A program made the position numbers and the translations under genes. From a virus (Duplodnaviria; Heunggongvirae; Uroviricota; Caudoviricetes), in the IMG/VR virus record IMGVR_UViG_3300006052_000001: 50,120 nucleotides of DNA; one strand, written 5' to 3'. The notes under the pieces are model-generated. The model was given only the letters and a program-made list of their open reading frames with translations, was not told the DNA's origin and ran no database searches. Positions 10,108 through 18,252 of this stretch are shown here, piece by piece. Each line of letters opens with the position of its first letter. The stretch's first letter is position 1.

Positions 10108-10545
10108 TTGGAGTGTGTTAATATTCCTGGCGGTGTGGTTATTCATATCAATCCCGATAGGTATATTCCTTGGGAAGTTCATGAAGATAAGAGGACCAGG
10201 AGATTAAAAGCGGAGAGGGGACCGGAGGACTACTCAACTCGACGGTCCCCCTCCTATTGTACAAAGTTAGGAGGGAGAACTTTGTACACCTTTATAGTAA
10301 CACACGTAACAGGAGGTTGTCAAGTGGATGCTGCACAAATTATTAAATACACCCGTCAGTACCTAGACGGCTGGGAACATGTAGAGGAAAACGTCAACTG
10401 GCCCGAAGGCACGCTTGGTAATGACAACACAGCCAGGACCGGGATGTTTCTAGCCGGGCTTTTGCAAGTGGTCAAAGAGATGTACGATGAGTACGAGAGG
10501 GAAGAAGATGCAGAAAGGCGATCTAAGCAACTCAGTAGCACCTAG
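10108..10545 (+). CDS. Hypothetical protein
   Basis: TTG start 1 nt after previous stop; tight packing. Confidence 0.6.
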   Translation: MECVNIPGGVVIHINPDRYIPWEVHEDKRTRRLKAERGPEDYSTRRSPSYCTKLGGRTLYTFIVTHVTGGCQVDAAQIIKYTRQYLDGWEHVEENVNWPEGTLGNDNTARTGMFLAGLLQVVKEMYDEYEREEDAERRSKQLSST

Positions 10546-10960
10546 ACACGTAGTTGTATTTGAGGGCGGAATTGCTACTCTCCCATTAGTGAATGCCTCT
10601 GACTTTGATAAGGCCATGAAGCGCAAGAGATACTGGGAGGCTATTAATTTCTGGGAGTGGAACCCCCACGTTCTTGGTCAGATAGAGAGAGTCGTAAGGA
10701 CTATGGGCGTGAACATAGAAGTCTGCACATGGATAAAGTCAGATGAGTACGCCGGATTTGCGATGGCTATAGCTGACGAGCTAGACAAAATAAATATACC
10801 TGTGCGGTCTGTCTGGGAGTCTTCTCCTAACGAGCTAGCGAGAGCGCTAGCTTACATCAATGACATAGCGTGCATATACGACCCTGATCCTGCCCACGTC
10901 TTAACGTTCGGTAAGAGAGGGGTATATTTAACTTCGCCTAATCAGATTGGCAGGGGCTGA
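10508..10960 (+). CDS. Degenerate HAD-like fold protein (putative)
   Basis: ATG 10508 after GAGAGGG; beta-strand VVVFEGG where HAD has hhhDxDG, plus C-terminal hYDPDP; assignment weak. Confidence 0.45.
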   Translation: MQKGDLSNSVAPRHVVVFEGGIATLPLVNASDFDKAMKRKRYWEAINFWEWNPHVLGQIERVVRTMGVNIEVCTWIKSDEYAGFAMAIADELDKINIPVRSVWESSPNELARALAYINDIACIYDPDPAHVLTFGKRGVYLTSPNQIGRG

Positions 10961-10962
10961 CA

Positions 10963-11133
10963 ATGACAGAAGAAAAACTTAAGGAAGCACTTCGAGTAGC
11001 TATTGAAATAATGTACGCTGAAGCGGATGAAAGCTGGGATAGTGGTAACACCCCGTTGTTCATGTATAAATCAGGATGGAAACACGGACTAGAGTTTGTG
11101 CTAGAGCGGATTGAATCTAAGGAGGAAGAATGA
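10963..11133 (+). CDS. Small hypothetical protein (56 aa, MTEEKLKEALRVAIEIM...), not in ORF track
   Basis: Translated by hand; fills the gap exactly and its TGA overlaps the next ATG (ATGA). Confidence 0.65.
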   Translation: MTEEKLKEALRVAIEIMYAEADESWDSGNTPLFMYKSGWKHGLEFVLERIESKEEE

Positions 11134-11606
11134 AAACATTAGTAAGTGAGAAGACTGACATTTTCGGTGAGAAGTACGGGCCAGGAGATGTTGTAATGTG
11201 GTCACCAGCAGGTCGTATAAAGTTCGGAGAGGTAGTCAGGTTTACTGCTTGCGGAACTACTGTATACCCTCTGACTCTCAAGGGCAAGGAAATGTCTCTG
11301 GTGAGAGTGACTAGAACTATTTATATCGACCGCAGAACTGGTGCCAGGATTCCTGATACGTTGGGATACCTGCACACGCCAACAGGTAAGTTCTATACTT
11401 ACGAAGATAGACTTCAGGAATTCGGTGTCGTAAGATATGTTAGTGCCGAAAGCAGTGTATTTAAGTACGTCACCAAGGCGTCAACAATGACTGATGTTGC
11501 AATAGCTATTGAAGTGTATGGTTATCCTGTAACTATTCAGAATTATGTCAACGTAGTCAAGTGCCCAGTAAATCCAGTGAAGGAAGAAAATGGGGAAGCC
11601 GAGTAA
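11130..11606 (+). CDS. Hypothetical protein
   Basis: AGGAGG RBS; GDVV.W...G.IKFGEVV suggests an SH3-like barrel. Confidence 0.65.
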   Translation: MKTLVSEKTDIFGEKYGPGDVVMWSPAGRIKFGEVVRFTACGTTVYPLTLKGKEMSLVRVTRTIYIDRRTGARIPDTLGYLHTPTGKFYTYEDRLQEFGVVRYVSAESSVFKYVTKASTMTDVAIAIEVYGYPVTIQNYVNVVKCPVNPVKEENGEAE

Positions 11607-12135
11607 ATTAACTGGTCGCGGGCAGCAAAGTACCCGCGTTCTGTACGACAGGGATAAGATGCCAGAGGGATTAGACCCTGAAATCTGGCATCTTACTTTG
11701 TTTTTTGAGCAGGTAGGGGAATCTGTTGGTGCTTCCACAACCGGAAGGCCAATCATCTACACTGAGCTAAGCAACAGAATCAATGCGTCCAATGTCAGGG
11801 TGAATTTCATTCACTGGCCTGGCATCATAGAAGATATGATCGACCGCTACTGGTGGCACGAATGTGACCCTAACAACAGCAGATATGCTATCAATGATTT
11901 CTGCCGAATTGATGTGTTCGATTCTCTGCTAAGGTGGGTATCCGAGACAAGGGAAAGGCAGTTGCTCATTGACTCAGGTACGAGGGTAACTCAGCCTGAT
12001 CCTGACCTGCATGAATCACGTCGTAGTGAGGAAGATTCCATAGCTTCGGAGATAATTAACAAGAAGTATACAGAAGATGAATTAAGAGCAATTATGGAGA
12101 GGTTCAAGAGTGAACGTAGGTCGAGTATTAGTTAG
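11590..12135 (+). CDS. Hypothetical protein upstream of helicase
   Basis: Overlaps both neighbours; position suggests a replication role (e.g. loader), unproven. Confidence 0.65.
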   Translation: MGKPSKLTGRGQQSTRVLYDRDKMPEGLDPEIWHLTLFFEQVGESVGASTTGRPIIYTELSNRINASNVRVNFIHWPGIIEDMIDRYWWHECDPNNSRYAINDFCRIDVFDSLLRWVSETRERQLLIDSGTRVTQPDPDLHESRRSEEDSIASEIINKKYTEDELRAIMERFKSERRSSIS

Positions 12136-13378
12136 TAAGATTCTTACAGGAGGTAATGTAATACCCGTTATTGATACTGGGTTTACTAGTACCTGGCTGA
12201 GAGGAACGGGAACCGGGTCTGAAGTTATCTTTGCAGATATCGACAGGCAAGCTTACTCTTGGATTCTGAATCACTGGGGTAAACATCATACTACTCCTAG
12301 CATTGAAATATTCCGAGAACATTTCCCCGAAGAGATTTATCCGCTCGATACTAGCTCATCTAGTATTGAGGAAATTATAGACCTAGCTCTTGAAAAAGTA
12401 AACAGCTACCTGATGTCCGAGATTATCGGCAAGGCGATTGACCTGCATGACAGCGGTAACGTTGAGCGTGCAGTAGCCTATCTTCAGGCTGAGTCCATGC
12501 GTATAGGAACAGCGCTGAGAGTTAAGGCAGACAGAGCAGATAACCTTGGTGATGTTGAGTTTGACCTTGAAGAGTTTATCTCCAAGGAAATAACACCTGG
12601 CGTTCCTATGGGACTTTACCCCGTTGACGAGGCGTTTTTTGGTTTTCAGCCCGGTCAGCTAATTACTATGCTTGGAAGGCAGAAGTCAGGTAAGACTACT
12701 CTGATGCTAAACTCAGCCCTTAAGGCATGGGAAGAAGGCTACGACGTTCTGTTCTTCTCAGTTGAGATGGACGTTGAACTACTAAGGCAGAGACTTTATT
12801 CTCTTGGTGCCCACGTTAGCCCGTCAAGATTCCGCAGAGGTCATCTGAAGGACCATGACAAGGATAAGGTACGTAAATTTCACCAGAGAATGTCAGAAGA
12901 TACTGATGTAAACTTCTACATATCTAAGAAGAAATCAATGATCACAGTGGACGACATCCTGACTGAAATCAGGCTGTATCGTCCTCATGTTGTGTACATT
13001 GACGGCTTCAACTTCATGCTAGACCGCGAGACTAAGAAGCTAACTCAGAACTGGGAAGCTAATGAAAATGTCGCGGCTGAGTTGAAGACCCTGGCATTGC
13101 AAGAGGGTATCGTTATCGTAACCTCTGCTCAGGTGCAGGAGAAACAGTATCATGCCAAGCACGGTATTGAAGCTTCAACTATCATGGGTGGTACAGGTCT
13201 GCTTAAGGCTTCAGACCTAGTAATCGGCGGTGACAAGGAAGGTCAGTATCATACCATTAGTTGTGTGCTTAGCAGGTATGAGTACTTCGATAACGTTGTT
13301 CTGGAAATTGACTGGGACACTATGGACTTCAACATCATTGAAGGCATGAGTATTAACTATGATGAAAGCGGAATTTAG
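12110..13378 (+). CDS. dnaB: Replicative DNA helicase, DnaB family
   Basis: GFQPGQLITMLGRQKSGKT Walker A, VLFFSVEM, VVYIDG Walker B, ELKTLA...SAQV. Confidence 0.92.
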   Translation: MNVGRVLVSKILTGGNVIPVIDTGFTSTWLRGTGTGSEVIFADIDRQAYSWILNHWGKHHTTPSIEIFREHFPEEIYPLDTSSSSIEEIIDLALEKVNSYLMSEIIGKAIDLHDSGNVERAVAYLQAESMRIGTALRVKADRADNLGDVEFDLEEFISKEITPGVPMGLYPVDEAFFGFQPGQLITMLGRQKSGKTTLMLNSALKAWEEGYDVLFFSVEMDVELLRQRLYSLGAHVSPSRFRRGHLKDHDKDKVRKFHQRMSEDTDVNFYISKKKSMITVDDILTEIRLYRPHVVYIDGFNFMLDRETKKLTQNWEANENVAAELKTLALQEGIVIVTSAQVQEKQYHAKHGIEASTIMGGTGLLKASDLVIGGDKEGQYHTISCVLSRYEYFDNVVLEIDWDTMDFNIIEGMSINYDESGI

Positions 13379-13504
13379 ATGGAAAGCTATTCAGCAATTG
13401 GCAGTGCAGTAAAACAGTGCTGCGTTAGTGGTACTAAAGACTGTACTTGCAGGCCCCATTGCAAGTGCATGTGCGGACCATGTGACTGCTGGGCCTGGCA
13501 ATAA
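13379..13504 (+). CDS. Cys-rich metallothionein-like peptide (41 aa, 9 Cys), not in ORF track
   Basis: Hand translation MESYSAIGSAVKQCCVSGTKDCTCRPHCKCMCGPCDCWAWQ; ATG abuts the dnaB TAG and its TAA abuts the next RBS. Confidence 0.6.
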   Translation: MESYSAIGSAVKQCCVSGTKDCTCRPHCKCMCGPCDCWAWQ

Positions 13505-13514
13505 AGGAGGAAAA

Positions 13515-13637
13515 ATGGCAGTTATCGCTAGCCTAAAGCCAGATGATTCATTCGAAAAGGTTATGTTTACGCTTGTAGCTATCCTGAGCGTGGTACTAGT
13601 CCTCTGGATTGCCGGAGCGATGGTGCTGCTCTCCTGA
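13515..13637 (+). CDS. Small single-pass membrane protein (40 aa)
   Basis: AGGAGG then ATG 13515 (downstream start within track ORF 13428..13637); one long hydrophobic helix. Confidence 0.65.
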   Translation: MAVIASLKPDDSFEKVMFTLVAILSVVLVLWIAGAMVLLS

Positions 13638-13643
13638 GATACC

Positions 13644-13726
13644 CCTAGACAGCGCTGAGAGCCACGCTAAGAGACTTTCAGCGCTGTCTAGGTATCAGAG
13701 GTAGGGTCCAGAGATGATCTTGTTAG
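13644..13726 (+). repeat. Dispersed repeat family, copy B, with a 15-bp perfect inverted repeat
   Basis: CCTAGACAGCGCTGA 13644-13658 / TCAGCGCTGTCTAGG 13678-13692 enclosing GAGCCACGCTAA; then TAGGGTC-N5-ATGATCTTGTTAG. Confidence 0.8.
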
Positions 13727-13742
13727 AAAGGATTGTAGGGCG

Positions 13743-13880
13743 ATGAGGCCAAGAGGCTTACCTTCTAGGTGGGTAAAGATTCTACCGTGGTACTACACGG
13801 AAAAGGACCAGCCAACTAGAGCAGAAGAACTAAAGAAAGCGCTGAAAGATCAAGATGAATATAGAGACGATACTGAGTGA
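13743..13880 (+). CDS. Possible small ORF (45 aa, MRPRGLPSRW...)
   Basis: Hand translation; fills the gap before primase; weak RBS. Confidence 0.3.
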   Translation: MRPRGLPSRWVKILPWYYTEKDQPTRAEELKKALKDQDEYRDDTE

Positions 13881-14784
13881 GTTAAACCTAGACTACTTCA
13901 TCATAGGAGATGAGGCTTTTGCTTCCTGTCCCTATCATAAAGACAGGCATCCTTCCTGGTCTGTGAACACAAGCACAGGATTACATCATTGTTTTACGTG
14001 CGGATTTCAGGGAAGTCTTGCGACTCTTGTATCTTTTGTGCTAGGATTACCTTTAGCGGAGGCGATTGCCTGGGTTAATTCTCGGGCTGGTATGAGCAAG
14101 GCTAAGCAATGGTTGGAATCTAAAGGATCGCAACCTCCGACAGAACTTAGACTCACTAACGCAGATTTGGCCTTGTTCATCCCGCCTCCGCTCTCAGCTT
14201 TAAATAGCAGGAAGGTAACGGAGGAAGCAGCAGAAAGATACGAAGTACTATGGAATCCTAAGAGGGATTCATGGATTTTCCCCATCAGAGAGCCAGTAGA
14301 TTTCGGTCTTATGGGCTGGCAGGAGAAGAATGAACGACGATTTAGAAATTATCCAGTTAGTTGCAGGAAATCCGAAACGCTATTTGGTATACCAGTTATT
14401 ACAGATGACCGCCCAGTTATCCTTGTCGAATCTCCAATTGATGCAGTGCGTTGCTTGTCTTCCAGAGCAGGAGTTGGACTTTCTAGTTACGGAGTACGAG
14501 TCAGCGATTCGCAGTTGTCCCTTATACACTCTAAATCAAGCCGTCTTATTCTTGCGCTTGACCGAGATTTCCCTGGCTTGGATGAAACAGCTAGAGTATG
14601 CCGAGAATTTAAGCAGTTACCCATATCGGTATTCAACTACGGAAACCATATGGTAAAAGACATAGGCGATCTTACTGATGAGGAAATTAGACTAGGAATT
14701 GAGAAAGCAATTCCTAGTCTACTATGGATGAGAGACTATAAAAATGGCAAGATTACCGACTACGAAGGTAGACGCAGAGGGTAG
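13855..14784 (+). CDS. DNA primase (CHC2 zinc finger + Toprim)
   Basis: CPYHKDRHPSWS...HHCFTCG zinc finger; VILVESPIDA and LALDRD Toprim motifs. Confidence 0.9.
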   Translation: MNIETILSELNLDYFIIGDEAFASCPYHKDRHPSWSVNTSTGLHHCFTCGFQGSLATLVSFVLGLPLAEAIAWVNSRAGMSKAKQWLESKGSQPPTELRLTNADLALFIPPPLSALNSRKVTEEAAERYEVLWNPKRDSWIFPIREPVDFGLMGWQEKNERRFRNYPVSCRKSETLFGIPVITDDRPVILVESPIDAVRCLSSRAGVGLSSYGVRVSDSQLSLIHSKSSRLILALDRDFPGLDETARVCREFKQLPISVFNYGNHMVKDIGDLTDEEIRLGIEKAIPSLLWMRDYKNGKITDYEGRRRG

Positions 14785-14818
14785 GGAATGTACTGGCTGC
14801 GGAGTATTGTAAGGAACA

Positions 14819-16390
14819 ATGTTGTTTACAGGAGAATTAAAACCATATCAGGAAGAGCCGGTTAAAAAGTTCCTCGAAAGAGGTAACCTACTGGTAGCTT
14901 ATGAGATGGGATTAGGAAAGACAGTCATAGGAATAGCCGCAGCGGAAGAACTACTCGCCTCTGGGGCTATTTCCTGTTGCGTAATTGTGTGCCCGGCATC
15001 CCTTAAGTATCAGTGGGCACAGAGAATAGCACAGTTTACTGACGCCCTTATTATTCCCTGGAAGATTAAGGGTGAGGAAATTCTTCTTCCGCTTAACACA
15101 TGCATTATTGACGGGGGAAAAGCCGCAAGAGAGAAGCTTTACAAGCAAGTAGTTCCCCTGTCTCGTTACATTATCATGGGTTATGACAACGTAATTAACG
15201 ACACTAACTTTGTACGTGACATTAAGCCGGGCATGGTGATACTTGATGAGGCTACGGCTATCAAGACCTTCAAGGCACAGAGAACCAAGCAGATTAAGAA
15301 GATGCTTAAGGCACCCTATCGCATGGCTCTGACTGGTACTCCCATCGAGAATCGCCCTGATGAAGTTTTCTCTATCATGCAGTGGGTAGATGAGACTGTG
15401 CTTGGCAGATATGATCTGTTCGATAAAGCTTACTGCAAGAGGAACACTTATGGCTGGGTTATCGCCTACAAAAATCTGCCTGTGCTACGCAGGAGACTGG
15501 CTACCGCCATGTCCCGTAAGAGCAGGCTTGATCCTGATGTTCGTCCGTTCCTTCCAGAAGTAGATTATTCCGAGGATTGGATGGTAGAAATCCCGCCAGC
15601 AGTGAGGAAGGTTTACAAGACTATCGCGCTGGATATGATTAAGGAACTAGACAACGTTGAAGTGTTCAACGGTTTCGATGTTCACGCATACTATTCAGGC
15701 CACGATGAGAGTACACCTTCAGGAAAGCTAATGGCAATGTACATGTGCCTGGAAATGCTGCTGGACCACCCTGACCTGATTATACATTCCGCCCAGAATG
15801 GTGCGGGTTATGCTAACTACTTGTGGCAATCAGGTATGCTGGACGACATCTTAGAGTCACAGAAACTCAACCTTGTAGTGGATAAGGTTGCAGAAATAAC
15901 ACAGTTCCCAGAGAACAAGGTAATTATCTTCTCGTTCTACCGGGAAATGATCAACATAATACAGGAGGAACTTGATGTCCAAAGCGTCCAATTCCACGGT
16001 GACCTTTCACCCGCTGACAAAGCTGCTGCTATCTCAAAGTTTGCTAACGATCCTGAGTGCAGAGTACTTTTGTCTAGTCACGCCGGGGCTTATGGAGCCG
16101 ATCTTTACATGGCTAATTATCTCGTTAACTATGATCAGCCTTGGTCTGCTGGTAAGGCGGATCAAATCAACGGTCGTCATGTACGTGTATCATCTGAATT
16201 TTCGCAAGTCTACATCAGGGACATAATGGCTATTGATTCGGTTAATGAGTGGAAAAAAAGGAAGGTAATAAGAAAGCGCAGGATAGCTGGCGCGATCATG
16301 GACGGCGTAGGCCAAGACGATACCGGCTCAGTTGAGCTAGACGGAGACACACTCAGGGATCATCTGGCCTGGGTAATAAAATCGTGGTAA
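14819..16390 (+). CDS. SNF2-family DNA helicase/ATPase
   Basis: LKPYQ, YEMGLGKT, VCPASLKYQW, ILDEAT, LTGTPIEN, NYDQPW...QINGRHVR motifs. Confidence 0.9.
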   Translation: MLFTGELKPYQEEPVKKFLERGNLLVAYEMGLGKTVIGIAAAEELLASGAISCCVIVCPASLKYQWAQRIAQFTDALIIPWKIKGEEILLPLNTCIIDGGKAAREKLYKQVVPLSRYIIMGYDNVINDTNFVRDIKPGMVILDEATAIKTFKAQRTKQIKKMLKAPYRMALTGTPIENRPDEVFSIMQWVDETVLGRYDLFDKAYCKRNTYGWVIAYKNLPVLRRRLATAMSRKSRLDPDVRPFLPEVDYSEDWMVEIPPAVRKVYKTIALDMIKELDNVEVFNGFDVHAYYSGHDESTPSGKLMAMYMCLEMLLDHPDLIIHSAQNGAGYANYLWQSGMLDDILESQKLNLVVDKVAEITQFPENKVIIFSFYREMINIIQEELDVQSVQFHGDLSPADKAAAISKFANDPECRVLLSSHAGAYGADLYMANYLVNYDQPWSAGKADQINGRHVRVSSEFSQVYIRDIMAIDSVNEWKKRKVIRKRRIAGAIMDGVGQDDTGSVELDGDTLRDHLAWVIKSW

Positions 16391-16407
16391 GTTTTTTCCT
16401 AGACCCC

Positions 16408-16436
16408 TTGACAAGCCCCTCCCGCTCTGGTATAAT
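16408..16436 (+). promoter_or_regulatory. Consensus promoter TTGACA-N17-TATAAT
   Basis: Exact consensus hexamers, 17-nt spacer, TGG before -10, intergenic. Confidence 0.85.
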
Positions 16437-16469
16437 AGTTACTAAGGACAGAGGACTAGAGAGGGTACA

Positions 16470-16904
16470 TTGTTATTATTTAATAATCCTCAATTAGCTG
16501 CACAAAGATATTTATTTTGTTCAGAAGAGGAAGCCAGAATAGTTTCTGAGAAAAATACTACTAGAGACTTTCTGAAGAGTCAGATTACTGACTTAGGAGA
16601 ACCAGATGAGAATGGTAATATTATCTGGTATTTTGATAATCCTATTATTTCTACTAATAGTAATGACATTTATATAGGACTAATGTTACAACGTCGTGTC
16701 TCTGAGTACACTGACGAAGATGTAGTACTGGAAATCATAGACAAGTATGGTCTTAGAGACAGATGTGTACATCAGGAAGTACTAGATGTAGTAGACCTAG
16801 ATGCTGTCTATGCATGTAACCAGGAGGGTGTCATCTCTGATGATGAGATTGATTCCATGATCGTAGTAAAAGAAACCTTCGCACTAACTAAGGTCAAGGG
16901 GTAA
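16470..16904 (+). CDS. Hypothetical protein
   Basis: TTG start after GAGAGGG; first gene after the promoter; coupled to next gene. Confidence 0.6.
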   Translation: MLLFNNPQLAAQRYLFCSEEEARIVSEKNTTRDFLKSQITDLGEPDENGNIIWYFDNPIISTNSNDIYIGLMLQRRVSEYTDEDVVLEIIDKYGLRDRCVHQEVLDVVDLDAVYACNQEGVISDDEIDSMIVVKETFALTKVKG

Positions 16905-17329
16905 TGACTTCATACTACCCTGGTTCTAAGAGACAAGCCAAAGTATACGGTGATGATTACGAAGAGTTACCACCCACAGAGACGACTACTCTGAGTAACC
17001 CTCGTAAAATGTGGCTTGCAGGTAAAGAGACTAGCTTCTACACTATAGGTGAGCTAGCAGGACTACTAAATCGCAAGCCGGTTACCGTAAGAAAATGGGA
17101 AGCTGATGGGATTATCCCAAAGGCTACGTTCATTGCACCATCTGGTGACAAGAGAGGGAAGAGAAGGCTTTACACCGAAGAGCAAATCCTCGGCTTGGTA
17201 AATATTGCCAGGGAAGAGGGAATTCTTGAGACTAATGCCTTTGGTCACTGGAAACCAGTAACGAAAACAGCCTTCAGAGAGAAGGCTATTCAACTTTTTA
17301 AGGAATTAAGTGAGACTTATACGAAGTAG
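16904..17329 (+). CDS. MerR-like helix-turn-helix DNA-binding protein
   Basis: FYTIGELAGLLNRKPVTVRKWEADGIIP...GKRRLYTEEQI. Confidence 0.8.
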   Translation: MTSYYPGSKRQAKVYGDDYEELPPTETTTLSNPRKMWLAGKETSFYTIGELAGLLNRKPVTVRKWEADGIIPKATFIAPSGDKRGKRRLYTEEQILGLVNIAREEGILETNAFGHWKPVTKTAFREKAIQLFKELSETYTK

Positions 17330-17567
17330 AGAGCACGTTATCAACATGGGACAGTACGAGTCTGTTCGTGTTGGTGCTTCAGTAGAACTAGATATTGAAT
17401 TCACGGCAGATACAGTCAGTCAGGATGTGTACGACGAAGCGGACAGGGTTTTAGCCGCTTCTATGGCTTCAGACATTCAGGAAGCAATTGATTTACTACC
17501 TCCTGGTAGTGCCAGTTACATCCTGTCTTGGAAGCAGCCAGATATTCTAGGAGATGTAAATGCCTAG
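17310..17567 (+). CDS. Hypothetical protein
   Basis: Tight packing; INMGQYESVRVGASVE small-protein motif. Confidence 0.65.
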   Translation: MRLIRSREHVINMGQYESVRVGASVELDIEFTADTVSQDVYDEADRVLAASMASDIQEAIDLLPPGSASYILSWKQPDILGDVNA

Positions 17568-18249
17568 AGATATTGCAAGAAGAAGAACTAGTCAGAATGA
17601 TGAGAGTAGCATGACAGACGAGAGAACAGAGACTAGAGTAAGAGTCACTAAGGAAGGATCAGAACCCGCTCCCTTTGGTGGAGGTTGGAGTACTGATAGG
17701 GCACCAAGAGTACGTCGTACTGGTGCTGGAACAATCAACAGATTCAAGGTAGAAGATGGCGAGGAAGTTCTTATCAAGTTCCTTGAGGCAGACGCTCCCT
17801 TTGCTTCCTATTGGCAGCACTGGATTGACAAGAAGCCTTACACATGCCTGATTGAGAATTGCCCGCTATGTAATATCGGTGATTCTCCTAAGCCTGTTGA
17901 CTGTTTCAACGTAGTTAAGATGACAGAGAGCGGACCTCTTCTGTATCTATGGCAGGCATCTCCTGATCCTGCTGGTGCCATTAAGGTAAGGGCTGACAAC
18001 AAGAGAACTTCTCCCCTTAACAGAGATGACCTGTACTTTGCGGTGTCAAAGGTTAAGGGCAAGAATGGTTTCCCTTCTTACAACGTTGACGTTGTAAAGG
18101 CTGAAGAATTGTCAGAAGACTGGGGCATGTCGCCTCTTACAACAGAGCAGATGGAAGCATTCCAGATGGAAGCTTATACTTCTGATGCTGTTCTTAAGTC
18201 AACACCAAGACATGAGCTTGTTGAACTAGCGAATACACTGGCTGACTAG
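17560..18249 (+). CDS. Putative single-stranded DNA-binding protein (gp32-like)
   Basis: IKFLE...YWQHW...TC...CPLC zinc site, OB-type strands, located just before the polymerase. Confidence 0.65.
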   Translation: MPRDIARRRTSQNDESSMTDERTETRVRVTKEGSEPAPFGGGWSTDRAPRVRRTGAGTINRFKVEDGEEVLIKFLEADAPFASYWQHWIDKKPYTCLIENCPLCNIGDSPKPVDCFNVVKMTESGPLLYLWQASPDPAGAIKVRADNKRTSPLNRDDLYFAVSKVKGKNGFPSYNVDVVKAEELSEDWGMSPLTTEQMEAFQMEAYTSDAVLKSTPRHELVELANTLAD

Positions 18250-18252
18250 ACG

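Noticed and set aside
13428-13514. Track ORF 13428..13637 N-terminal extension
   Set aside because: It overlaps the Cys-rich ORF in another frame; the strong AGGAGG points to ATG 13515
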